Shown: piece after piece, positions 34,105-41,914 of the stretch
Position numbering within the stretch: the first letter of the stretch is position 1
Layout: each line of letters starts with the position of its first letter
Assembly: GCA_002429595.1 (NCBI GenBank)
Contig: DJAM01000148.1
Span: 1 to 41,914 of the forward strand
Source of the DNA: Coxiellaceae bacterium UBA6002
Lineage (GTDB): Bacteria; Pseudomonadota; Gammaproteobacteria; UBA6002
Direction: 5' to 3'
Length of the DNA: 41,914 bases
Notes under the pieces: model-generated
The model's input: only the letters and a program-made list of their open reading frames with translations
Databases searched by the model: none
What the model was told of the DNA's origin: nothing
Program-made: the position numbers and the translations under genes

Positions 34105-34563
34105 ATGAGATGTAAGCTGATATGGATTAGTCTGCTACTAGTGATATTTTTAAGTGCATGTAAACCAGATGCAGTTGATATTTATGGCCAGCCAGTTCGA
34201 ATCTCAAATTACAAAGGACGCTGGGTGGTCATAAATTACTGGGCAACATGGTGCACTCCCTGCATTAGTGAAATTGCAGAATTAATTAAGCTTCGAACGT
34301 ATTATCCACAAGTCGTAATTTTTGGCGTGAACCCAGATAGTCTTGATAAGAGTGTTTTACAACAGTTAGCTCAAGAATACGGAGTTAACTATGGTTTCTT
34401 GATGGACTTTCCAATCGAAGATTGGGGTGGCAAGAAACCAACAGAGTTACCGGTCACTTTTATCATTTCCCCTAAAGGAAAACTTTACCAGACTCTCCAG
34501 GGCCCACAGACACTTAGCGGTTTCCAATCAGTCATGAATCTTCCCCCCATCACTTATCAATAG
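34105..34563 (+). CDS. TlpA/ResA-like thiol-disulfide oxidoreductase lipoprotein
   Basis: 152 aa. Lipobox LLLVIFLSAC. Thioredoxin motif WATWCTPC. Confidence 0.75.
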   Translation: MRCKLIWISLLLVIFLSACKPDAVDIYGQPVRISNYKGRWVVINYWATWCTPCISEIAELIKLRTYYPQVVIFGVNPDSLDKSVLQQLAQEYGVNYGFLMDFPIEDWGGKKPTELPVTFIISPKGKLYQTLQGPQTLSGFQSVMNLPPITYQ

Positions 34564-34570
34564 GAAAAAA

Positions 34571-34843
34571 ATGGCAAGAGTGTGCAAACATTTTTACGTA
34601 AGTGGCAGAGTACAAGGCGTATTTTTTCGAGATTCAACTCGCAAAAAAGCCCAAGGATTATCGCTATGCGGTTGGGTAAAAAATATACCAGATAGCCGGG
34701 TAGAAGTCTTAGCATGTGGCGAAGAAGAAGATGTTAACGCACTCAAAGAATGGCTGTGGGAAGGGCCACCTGCTGCGAAAGTGAGTGAAGTGCTCGAAAG
34801 CGATCATGAGTTAATTGATCACAGTGAATTCTCTGTTCGATAA
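34571..34843 (+). CDS. acyP: Acylphosphatase
   Basis: 90 aa. VSGRVQGVFFR and GWVKN motifs. Confidence 0.8.
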   Translation: MARVCKHFYVSGRVQGVFFRDSTRKKAQGLSLCGWVKNIPDSRVEVLACGEEEDVNALKEWLWEGPPAAKVSEVLESDHELIDHSEFSVR

Positions 34844-35001
34844 GTTGATTAGTTAAATTGTAATGCGTGAGTGTTGAAGTAAAGGAACAGTGCTAATTTG
34901 TTTCGTAGATTGTATTAATAAAAATATCATAGTTCATTGTGCTTTTATCATTCTTATGTATAATTGCGCCTATTGTTAGCATTCAATGGGTAATAATTAT
35001 A

Positions 35002-37104
35002 ATGATTGAATATATTTCTGCGCATATTCCTCTCTTCTCTCTAATCATTGCCTTTACAGTACTTACTTTGTTTATTCTATATAAAGCTATTTTCATCGTT
35101 GGAGGCCAACAAATTGCGGTGCTCGAACGTAGATGGTTTGGCAAACAAATGCCTGCTAATCGTGTTGTAGCCATGGCTAACGAGGTGGGTATACAAGCGC
35201 GCATATTAGGTCCCGGTCTTCATATTCTTATTCCATTAGTTTATAAAATAACTAAACATCCTATGATGATTATTAGTGAAGGAGAAGTTGGATTAGTCGA
35301 GGCAATTGATGGTCAAGCTGTTCCTCCTGGTCGTATTTATGCCAAAGCTCTTGGAAAGCACAATCTTTTTCAAGACGGAGAAGCCTTTTTGACATCGGAG
35401 AGTGAAAAAGGACCTCAAATCGAAATTTTGCCACCGGGTACTTATCGAATAAATCCTTATTTGTTTCACATTGAAAAACAAGCGTCTATTCAAATTGCCG
35501 AAAATGAAGTGGGTATTGTTGTAGCCAACGATGGCGATACCATCACATCAGGCCAGATATTAGGAAAACAAATTCAACAGCATAATCATTATCAAAATGG
35601 TGCCGCATTTTTAGAAAATGGTGGTCAGAAAGGACCACAAATTGAAATTTTACTACCTGGTACGTATCGAATTAATACCAAACTTTTTAATGTCAATTTA
35701 ACAAGTGCCACAGTTATTCCCGCAGGAAAAGTTGGTCTGGTCACAGCAGAAACAGGAAGACCACTAGAAACTGCGGAGTATGTGGCAAGCTCTGTAAGTG
35801 GTCATCAAAATTATCAGGATGGCTCAGCATTTTTAGAGCATGGTGGTCAACGAGGTCCACAATACGACCTATTAAAACCTGGAACCTACTATGTCAATCC
35901 ATTAATGTTTAAAGTTAATTTGGATGAAGTATTACATGTCGAACGTGGAGGCGTTGCTGTTATTGTTTCAAACGTAGGTAAAGAACCTAGTGTAGAAAAA
36001 GATGTGAACAATTCTGCAGAAAATAAAGGTATAGAAAGATATGTCGTTTCTTCAGGATGTCGAGGTATTCAACGCGAAGTATTAGGCCCTGGTATTTATT
36101 ACCTAAATAAATTAGCACATACCCCTTACATTATTCCTACTACTAATATCACCATTGATTGGGCTAGTGATAAGTCACAAGAATCTAACCTTCAAACCAA
36201 TCGTATTCCTCGCGTGCTAGATCCGTTGTCAATCGTTTCAAAAGATGGCTTTCAAATGACTGTTGAGGTTAAGGTCATCATTCGCATTTTACCGGAGCAA
36301 GCTCCGCATATGTTGGCACGTATCGGTACGGTTGATAATTTGATAGAGCATGTTATCCATCCATTAATCGATAGTTCATTTCGCAATCAAGCTTCTTCTT
36401 CAGAAGCGATGAAATTCATGCAAGATCGCCACATTGAACAAAGTAAAGCAGAAGAGCATGTTGCAGGTGAATTAGCAAAATATCATGTGGAATGTGTCAG
36501 TGTATTGATCTGCCAGATCAAATTACCAGACCGTCTAATGGAAACAATGACCAATAAAGTAGTCGCGTCGCAACAAATGGCGATGTATGACGCGCAACAA
36601 GAAGCTGAGGGTCGACGAAAGGAAATGGAAAAAACAAAAGCGCAAGCCGACTCCCAACCTAACTTGGTAAAAGCTGAGATCGACGTGCAGATTGCTTCAC
36701 AACAAAAGCAACAACAAATCATTCTTGCAGAAGGTAAAAGTCAAGCAACGAAACTAGAGCAAGAAGGTGTCGCTGCAGGTATTGAAGCAGTAGGGCGAGC
36801 AGAAGCAGAAAAAACTAGAGCAATAGGTGAGGCAACTGCAGCAGCATATAATCACCAAGTTGAATCACTAGGTCAACAGTCCTTAGCGATAATTGAAGTG
36901 ATGAAACAAGTTTCCAATGGTCAAATAAAAATTACGCCAGACATATTGGTGAATAGTGCAGCAGGAGGAAGTGAGAATGCGACTTCGAATATGCTAACTG
37001 CGTTTATAGCAAATATGCTCAAAAACAGTCAGAGTGAACCTCAACCTATTTTTACAACTAAGAAGTCTGATAAAAAAGTAAATCCGGTTGTAGAACCTGT
37101 TTAA
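35002..37104 (+). CDS. Flotillin-like SPFH/band-7 protein with four tandem ~74-aa N-terminal repeats
   Basis: N-terminal TM. LGPGLHILIPLV SPFH start. Four repeats of ..VG(L/I)V.A..G........YQ.G.AFLE.GGQ.GPQ...L.PGTY..N..LF.V.L. C-terminal SPFH core followed by an E/A/Q-rich coiled coil (flotillin domain). Start placed at ATG 35002; a TATAAT at about 34961 lies inside the longer track ORF. Confidence 0.7.
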   Translation: MIEYISAHIPLFSLIIAFTVLTLFILYKAIFIVGGQQIAVLERRWFGKQMPANRVVAMANEVGIQARILGPGLHILIPLVYKITKHPMMIISEGEVGLVEAIDGQAVPPGRIYAKALGKHNLFQDGEAFLTSESEKGPQIEILPPGTYRINPYLFHIEKQASIQIAENEVGIVVANDGDTITSGQILGKQIQQHNHYQNGAAFLENGGQKGPQIEILLPGTYRINTKLFNVNLTSATVIPAGKVGLVTAETGRPLETAEYVASSVSGHQNYQDGSAFLEHGGQRGPQYDLLKPGTYYVNPLMFKVNLDEVLHVERGGVAVIVSNVGKEPSVEKDVNNSAENKGIERYVVSSGCRGIQREVLGPGIYYLNKLAHTPYIIPTTNITIDWASDKSQESNLQTNRIPRVLDPLSIVSKDGFQMTVEVKVIIRILPEQAPHMLARIGTVDNLIEHVIHPLIDSSFRNQASSSEAMKFMQDRHIEQSKAEEHVAGELAKYHVECVSVLICQIKLPDRLMETMTNKVVASQQMAMYDAQQEAEGRRKEMEKTKAQADSQPNLVKAEIDVQIASQQKQQQIILAEGKSQATKLEQEGVAAGIEAVGRAEAEKTRAIGEATAAAYNHQVESLGQQSLAIIEVMKQVSNGQIKITPDILVNSAAGGSENATSNMLTAFIANMLKNSQSEPQPIFTTKKSDKKVNPVVEPV

Positions 37105-37395
37105 CGATATTAAAGGATGAAATCCTTAAGGAAAAAATAATTAATTATCTTGAGAAATAAGTAACAGTAATAAGATTTCGAAATGCTTATGTTTTCTGAT
37201 GATAAAACTATTGATTTTTAATGTGTTCTAAGCTTTTGTAGTAGTGATATTACGCTACCTCGTATATTTTTTAAGTCCACTAAAAAGTCTTCTGGTAAAA
37301 AATACACACTTGAAAGTATACCATCATGAGGAATGTAAACTTTTAATATTAGTTTCTCTTTTATTTTGAGATATTTTTCATAAAATAAATCGAGA

Positions 37396-37626
37396 TTATT
37401 TCTTGTTTCTTCGTTCTTCGTTCAAAGCTGTAAGGCTAAACATGGCCTGTTCAAATAATGGTGAAAGTGTTTGATATTCTTCATAGGTAGTTCTTTCACT
37501 TGTTATAATTTTATCTAAATACGTATTGAATTTACGAAGATTAAATTGCAATATTAAAAGAGATTCTCTGTCTTTATTATTTTTTTGGTTTTTTATTCGT
37601 GTCTCAATCCATATTTGATTCATCAT
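37396..37626 (-). CDS. Hypothetical small charged protein (76 aa) downstream of the ATPase gene
   Basis: ORF only. No RBS (upstream tgctttaatttgctttattt). Confidence 0.15.
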   Translation of the reverse strand: MMNQIWIETRIKNQKNNKDRESLLILQFNLRKFNTYLDKIITSERTTYEEYQTLSPLFEQAMFSLTALNEERRNKK

Positions 37627-37646
37627 AAATAAAGCAAATTAAAGCA

Positions 37647-38978
37647 CTAATTGGATAATGGGAATTTAGCGATAAGGTAAAGCGGGTAATTACAGATGTC
37701 ATTATCCTGTTTCAAGTTCAACAATGTTGCACGTGATACAAAAGGAAGTTGATATTTTTGTTGATAAACACGTAAGCTTTTCTGCTTTGTAGTTGTGTTT
37801 GCTTTGACCTCTAAAGGAAAAATTTGATCTTCTACAGGCACTAAAAAATCTATTTCTGCTGTTCCTTCGCTAGTCCAGTAATACAGTTTGTCGTCGTATT
37901 TTACTTGCAGTTCTTGTGCGACATAATTTTCGGTTAAAGCGCCTTTGAATTCAGTGAAAAGCTCGTTACCTTCAACAATAACTTTAGGGAGTAGCTGGCT
38001 CATAGCTCCAAGTAATCCTAAGTCGAGTAAAAAAACTTTAAAAACGTTTTTATTTGCATAACTATTCAGAGGTAATCTTGGTGTTGAGGTATGATATGAT
38101 TTGTGTATTAATCCAGCATCTGTGAGCCATTGTAAAGCTGTCTCATACTCACGACCACGAGCCCCTTTACGTAAAGCTGAGAAAATAAATTTTTTATTCT
38201 CTTTAGCTAATTGACCTGGTATAGATTCCCAGATAGTTGTGATCTTCATGATTTCATTTGCTGGAGCGTGCTTAGCGAAATCTGCGATATACCCAGTTAA
38301 AATTTCTTGATGTACCGTGCGTACTAAAGAGAAATCGTTATTATCTATAAAAGCTTTTACAGCTTCTGGCATACCTCCTACAACAAAATAATATTTTAGA
38401 AAACCAATCAATTGTTCATGAATGGGTATAGGTAAAGGTTCAAAATGTATGAGACTTTCCAAAAGTTCTCTTAGTTTGTGTTTTTCAATTGCATCGAGAA
38501 ACTCAAAAAAACTTAATGGATATAAATCTAAAAAATTTACTTTTCCTACAGGAAATCCTTTTGCTCCTGCTAACTTAACGCCTAACAGTGAGCCGGCACT
38601 CACAACAGCAAAATCATTTGCTTCTTCATTAAAATACTTAAGACTTGTTAATGCATTAGGGCATTCCTGAACTTCGTCAAATATAATTAAAGTGCTTTCC
38701 GGTTTAATTGGTTGATCTAAGTATATGCTAATGTTTTGAACGATAGTTTGTGGATTTAAATTGCCACTAAAGAATTCTCTTGCTGCTGGGTTTTCTTCAA
38801 AATTTAAATAACAATAATTTTCATACTCATTAGTAGCAAATTCTTTCAACAAATAGGTTTTACCTACTTGTCTTGCTCCTCGCATGACTAAAGGTTTGCG
38901 GCTGGGGGAAGTTTTCCAGGAGAGTAATTGTTTATAAGCATCACGTTTCATATGCTGTATCTTAGCAAAACGTGACAT
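37647..38978 (-). CDS. AAA+ ATPase with C-terminal DUF4143 (PD-(D/E)xK nuclease-like) domain, COG1373 family
   Basis: 443 aa. Walker A GARQVGKT. Walker B LIIFDEVQ. C-terminal EIDFLV...PLEVKA resembles a PD-(D/E)xK core. AT-rich flanks. Confidence 0.8.
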   Translation of the reverse strand: MSRFAKIQHMKRDAYKQLLSWKTSPSRKPLVMRGARQVGKTYLLKEFATNEYENYCYLNFEENPAAREFFSGNLNPQTIVQNISIYLDQPIKPESTLIIFDEVQECPNALTSLKYFNEEANDFAVVSAGSLLGVKLAGAKGFPVGKVNFLDLYPLSFFEFLDAIEKHKLRELLESLIHFEPLPIPIHEQLIGFLKYYFVVGGMPEAVKAFIDNNDFSLVRTVHQEILTGYIADFAKHAPANEIMKITTIWESIPGQLAKENKKFIFSALRKGARGREYETALQWLTDAGLIHKSYHTSTPRLPLNSYANKNVFKVFLLDLGLLGAMSQLLPKVIVEGNELFTEFKGALTENYVAQELQVKYDDKLYYWTSEGTAEIDFLVPVEDQIFPLEVKANTTTKQKSLRVYQQKYQLPFVSRATLLNLKQDNDICNYPLYLIAKFPLSN

Positions 38979-39039
38979 ATATCACAATATTCCATCGTAA
39001 AATGTGATCAATTTCACAATATTCATTTGAATAATGTGA
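38979..39039. promoter_or_regulatory. Tandem palindromic operators containing a near-consensus CRP-type site TGTGA-N6-TCACA
   Basis: Two 29-bp units, (t)atcacaatattcc..aaaatgtgat (38979-39007) and tttcacaatattca..taatgtgat (39011-39039), with a ~32-bp period. The junction reads aaaaTGTGAtcaattTCACAat (39002-39017), which matches the CRP consensus TGTGA-N6-TCACA. It sits 20-60 bp upstream of the ATPase start codon. Confidence 0.4.
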
Positions 39040-39079
39040 TTTTCAACACGTTTTTAGTACGAATAACGTGAGAGGAAGA

Positions 39080-39619
39080 TTAATATGCTGATTCTTTTAA
39101 AATCCCAGTCACTGCATGTGCTAGATTGGGATAAATGGGCACTTCTAAACTACCAAGTTCGTCAATAGTTTTGTGACCATTACCAGTTAGCACCAAAATA
39201 GGATTCGCCTTGACAGTTAGTGCAGCTTGTATATCGCGGAGAGAGTCACCAATGCAGATCGCTTGTTCAAGCGGTTCGTCGAAATGTTTGGCAATTTCTT
39301 TGAACATGCCTGCTTGGGGTTTTCTGCAGAGGCAGTTATCTTCGGGTAGATGGGGGCAGTAGAAAATTCCGTCTACCTTGGCGCCATGTTGGGCTAGCGC
39401 ATTGGTCATTTTTGAATGGATTTGTTTTAGGGTTGCTTCGTCATACAGGCCTCTTGCAAGTCCTGATTGGTTTGTTGCTACTGCAACGGTAAAGCCTGCT
39501 TTTTTTAATTTGGCAATGGCTTCGAGGCTTCCTGGAATGGGTAACCATTCATCGGGTGTTTTAATATAGGCGTTGGATTCTTCATTGATGACGCCATCAC
39601 GATCCAGAATAATTAACAT
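39080..39619 (-). CDS. gmhB: D-glycero-D-manno-heptose 1,7-bisphosphate phosphatase (HAD-IIIA) GmhB
   Basis: ILDRDGVIN HAD motif I. Zn-binding CPHLPEDNCLCRKP. VATNQSG. Start placed at ATG 39619. Confidence 0.8.
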   Translation of the reverse strand: MLIILDRDGVINEESNAYIKTPDEWLPIPGSLEAIAKLKKAGFTVAVATNQSGLARGLYDEATLKQIHSKMTNALAQHGAKVDGIFYCPHLPEDNCLCRKPQAGMFKEIAKHFDEPLEQAICIGDSLRDIQAALTVKANPILVLTGNGHKTIDELGSLEVPIYPNLAHAVTGILKESAY

Positions 39620-39621
39620 AC

Positions 39622-40569
39622 TCACTCACCCAATATGGTTTGTTTTGATTTAATTTGGTCACTCTTAGCATTGAGAAAATCTTTAACGCTAATGGGCTTG
39701 CCCCCTGGTATTTGGATTTTTTTTAGATAAAGACTTCCCCTTTGGGTGGCCACTTCAATGCTATCGTGGTTGATGCCGATGACTTGTCCTGGGATTTCGT
39801 CAACAAGGTCGGTGCTGGCAATTTCTGCTCCCCAGACTTTGAGCACTTGGCCATTTAAGTAAGTAAACGCACCGGGCCAGGGATTAAATGCTCGAATATG
39901 GCGATCTATTCTTTGCGTGCAATCATGCCAATTAATCCGCGCTTCTTCTTTGGTAATTTTGGCGGCATAGGTAGCAAGACTATTATCTTGGGCTATTGGA
40001 GTAATGCTTTCTTTTCTTAACTCTTCGAGTGTGGCTATCAGGCTTTTGGCGCCAAGCTCAGCTAGATTATCGTGAATAGTTTGAGCGTTATCTTCTGTTG
40101 TTATCTGGTAATTCTCTTTATGCAAAATCGCTCCGGTGTCTAATCCTTCATCAATCTGCATGATTGTCACACCAGTGACCTCATCGCCAGCTAGCAAAGC
40201 GCGTTGAATAGGAGCCGCTCCTCGCCATCGTGGCAGTAAAGACGCATGAACGTTGATGCAACCGTATTTAAAAAAAGGAAAAATTGCTTTGGGCAATATT
40301 AAGCCGTAAGCAATCACAATCATGACATCTGCATTGAAACTATTGAGTTGTCGTTGAGTATCGTCATCTTTAAAATTGACGGGTTGCAGAACGGGTATTT
40401 GCGGATAACGTTCGAGGCATAGTTTCTTGACAGCACTGGGCTGTAATTTCAAACCTCGGCCTGAGGGGCTGTCTGGTTTAGTGTACACAGCGCAAACAGT
40501 GTGTTTCGTCATTAAAGCCTCTAATGAAGGGCATGCAAACTCAGGAGTGCCTGCGAAAATTACCTTCAT
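39622..40569 (-). CDS. fmt: Methionyl-tRNA formyltransferase
   Basis: MKVIFAGTPEFA N-terminus. HASLLPRWRGAAPIQ SLLP motif. The ATG overlaps the def stop (ATGA). Confidence 0.9.
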   Translation of the reverse strand: MKVIFAGTPEFACPSLEALMTKHTVCAVYTKPDSPSGRGLKLQPSAVKKLCLERYPQIPVLQPVNFKDDDTQRQLNSFNADVMIVIAYGLILPKAIFPFFKYGCINVHASLLPRWRGAAPIQRALLAGDEVTGVTIMQIDEGLDTGAILHKENYQITTEDNAQTIHDNLAELGAKSLIATLEELRKESITPIAQDNSLATYAAKITKEEARINWHDCTQRIDRHIRAFNPWPGAFTYLNGQVLKVWGAEIASTDLVDEIPGQVIGINHDSIEVATQRGSLYLKKIQIPGGKPISVKDFLNAKSDQIKSKQTILGE

Positions 40570-41108
40570 CAATCATCAGCCCATCGTTTTCGTTTAGAAA
40601 GCTTCTTGTCGATACGTTGTCTTTTAAGCTTCGAAAGTCGATCAATGAAAATAATCCCATTGAGATGATCAATTTCGTGTTGTAAGAGCTTAGCCATATA
40701 GCCTTCGCCCTCTATTTCAAACGGTTTGCCATGGCGATCAAATGCCTTAACAATGACCTTATAGGCACGAGTGTTAATCACTTCATAAATGCCACCAGGG
40801 ACGGACATGCAGCCTTCTGGCTCTTCGAGTTGACCTTCTGAAAAGATGACTTCGGGATTGATCAAACAAAGTGCCGAGTCCTTAGGTGGATCCTGTTGTG
40901 CTAGGCGATAGTCATAAAGGACGGTGATTTTTTTAGGGTGTTGAAACGCGAGCTGTGTGGCGGCGAGGCCAGCACAATTTTCTGTATTGAGCAGTGTTTC
41001 CAACATGTCATCAACGACTTTTTGTAACTCTTCTCCAAAATCGGTTACATACTCTCCCTTCTTTCCTAATCCAGGGTCAGGATATTGTAAGATAGGTATA
41101 ATTGGCAT
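40569..41108 (-). CDS. def: Peptide deformylase
   Basis: GLAATQ, EGCMSVPG and HEIDHLNG motifs. Start probably ATG 41108 (MPIIPILQYPDP); the track start at 41123 has no RBS. Confidence 0.9.
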   Translation of the reverse strand: MPIIPILQYPDPGLGKKGEYVTDFGEELQKVVDDMLETLLNTENCAGLAATQLAFQHPKKITVLYDYRLAQQDPPKDSALCLINPEVIFSEGQLEEPEGCMSVPGGIYEVINTRAYKVIVKAFDRHGKPFEIEGEGYMAKLLQHEIDHLNGIIFIDRLSKLKRQRIDKKLSKRKRWADD

Positions 41109-41186
41109 GTGCTTGTTTCTCAAAATTAAAAAAAGACTATTGAGAACTTAGGCTAAAAAAAACCTACAGTCAATCCCTAGCTTTTT

Positions 41187-41284
41187 TGTCATTCCCACCT
41201 AGCTGTTTGTCATTCCCGCGCAGGCGGGAACCCATCTTGGGAGGAGCTCCGGGAATGGGTTCCCGCCTGCGCGGGAAGTCACCT
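41187..41284. repeat. REPIN-like element (inverted pair of REP-like units plus an extra half-unit) directly abutting the IS200 end
   Basis: tgtcattcccgcgcaggcgggaacccat (41208-41235) and atgggttcccgcctgcgcgggaagtcac (41257-41284) are near reverse complements. The spacer contains ggagctcc. An extra tgtcattccc lies at 41187-41196. Confidence 0.65.
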
Positions 41285-41285
41285 A

Positions 41286-41914
41286 CTACCGGCATAGCCG
41301 GTAGTTTGAATTAAACCCCCTAGAAGGGGGTAATACTTGATACCTACCAAGTTGGTTTAACTTTAGTAGTTCATCAAATTTAATTGCCGTTCATCTTCAG
41401 CTCGATCGTGCTCTTCTTGGGTTCGTATGTAATCTAACACCTTCGCCTCTGCTAAACCCGTAGTACTTACACAGTACCCCCGCGACCAAAAATTTTGACC
41501 CTTCATATTCTTTTGACGTCCATACCTTTGGTGCAACAGAATCGTCGTTTTTCCTTTCAACTTTCCTATCACTTCCGATACTGAATATTTCGGCGGGATC
41601 TCCAGACACATATGTACGTGATCTCTCCTTACGTTCCCTTCAACTACTTTTATTTCGTATCGTTCACATACTTCCCGTAGGATCTGACCTATCACTTTTC
41701 GTAGGACTCCATACATTACTTTTTTGCGGTACTTTGGTACTATCACTACGTGGTAATGACAATACCACCTTACATGACTTTGATTTTTCCAATGTCTTAA
41801 CATGCTCTTTCTCCTTGTGAAACTTGGTAGGTCTCACTTGGAGAAAGGCATACTCTTTAACTCTTTTCAATGCTTTTTCGGCAATGCCCTTGTTTTTCAC
41901 ACCGGCATAGCCGG
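41286..41914 (-). mobile_element. IS200/IS605-family insertion sequence (extends beyond the window end)
   Basis: Subterminal hairpins ctaccggcatagccggtag (41286-41304) and (c)accggcatagccgg (41899-41914, truncated) flank tnpA. A second hairpin ccccctagaaggggg (41316-41330) acts as a terminator-like structure 3' of tnpA. Confidence 0.8.
41363..41803 (-). CDS. tnpA: IS200/IS605 family Y1 (HuH) transposase TnpA
   Basis: 146 aa. RWYCHYHVVIVPKYRKKV, HuH motif DHVHMCLEIPPKYSVSEVIGKLKGKTT, and catalytic Tyr region WSRGYCVSTTG...VLDYI closely match Salmonella IS200 TnpA as remembered. Confidence 0.88.
   Translation of the reverse strand: MLRHWKNQSHVRWYCHYHVVIVPKYRKKVMYGVLRKVIGQILREVCERYEIKVVEGNVRRDHVHMCLEIPPKYSVSEVIGKLKGKTTILLHQRYGRQKNMKGQNFWSRGYCVSTTGLAEAKVLDYIRTQEEHDRAEDERQLNLMNY

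Noticed and set aside
34939-35001. Longer N-terminus for the flotillin-like protein (track start 34939, GTG)
   Set aside because: A TATAAT (~34961) with an upstream TTGTGC lies inside this extension. The extension has no RBS and begins with GTG. ATG 35002 gives an N-terminus comparable to YqiK-type flotillins, so the shorter ORF is preferred.
41109-41123. Upstream start for def (MRNKH...)
   Set aside because: No RBS. Def homologues begin at the position equivalent to MPIIPIL..., so ATG 41108 is preferred.
41397-41900. ORFs 41397-41609 and 41664-41900 overlapping IS200 tnpA
   Set aside because: They are in alternative frames of the same strand as the well-supported TnpA ORF. IS200 elements encode a single ~140-150-aa TnpA.
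1-41914. CRISPR array, rRNA or tRNA genes
   Set aside because: No regularly spaced direct repeats with unique spacers. The only short repeats are palindromic REP-like units at irregular intervals. No rRNA-like conserved blocks or tRNA cloverleaf candidates were recognised.

Overview
This is an AT-rich (~38-40% GC) gammaproteobacterial chromosomal segment of about 41.9 kb. The gene content looks Legionellales-like (Legionella-type MOMP domains, pentapeptide-repeat protein). It is mostly core housekeeping operons: rimK with a RimB-like protease, corA, priA-aroE, prlC-rpiA, hpf, a PNP-family gene, doxX-yheV-ndh, msrB, efp-epmA-thpR, psd, cca, tatABC, a surf1-ctaA-ctaB-sco-tlpA cytochrome oxidase biogenesis cluster, a flotillin-like gene, and gmhB-fmt-def. 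Several accessory or unusual elements sit among them. (1) A single 1100-aa ORF encodes three tandem Legionella-type MOMP porin domains, a possible single-chain pseudo-trimeric porin. (2) A roughly 1.7-kb degraded insertion is bounded by ~35-bp imperfect direct repeats, one of which forms the 3' end of a secreted pentapeptide-repeat gene. It carries an IS66 transposase C-terminal fragment, a HigB2/HigA2-like toxin-antitoxin pair and a decayed higB-like paralog. (3) A family of ~30-bp palindromic REP-like units occurs at five or more loci, mostly arranged as inverted pairs (REPIN-like). One copy abuts an IS200/IS605 element whose TnpA is a homologue of REP-associated transposases. (4) Two intergenic sRNA candidates have intrinsic terminators on the minus strand. 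One is strikingly GGA-motif rich, like CsrB/RsmZ. (5) An HPF (ribosome hibernation factor) carries a C-terminal cold-shock-like domain. (6) An AT-rich islet carries an AAA+ ATPase with a putative C-terminal PD-(D/E)xK domain (DUF4143, COG1373-like), preceded by a near-consensus CRP-type site embedded in tandem palindromic operators. No CRISPR array, tRNA or rRNA gene was found. All calls rest on reading the sequence, its motifs and the ORF track, and on family knowledge; no database search was possible.
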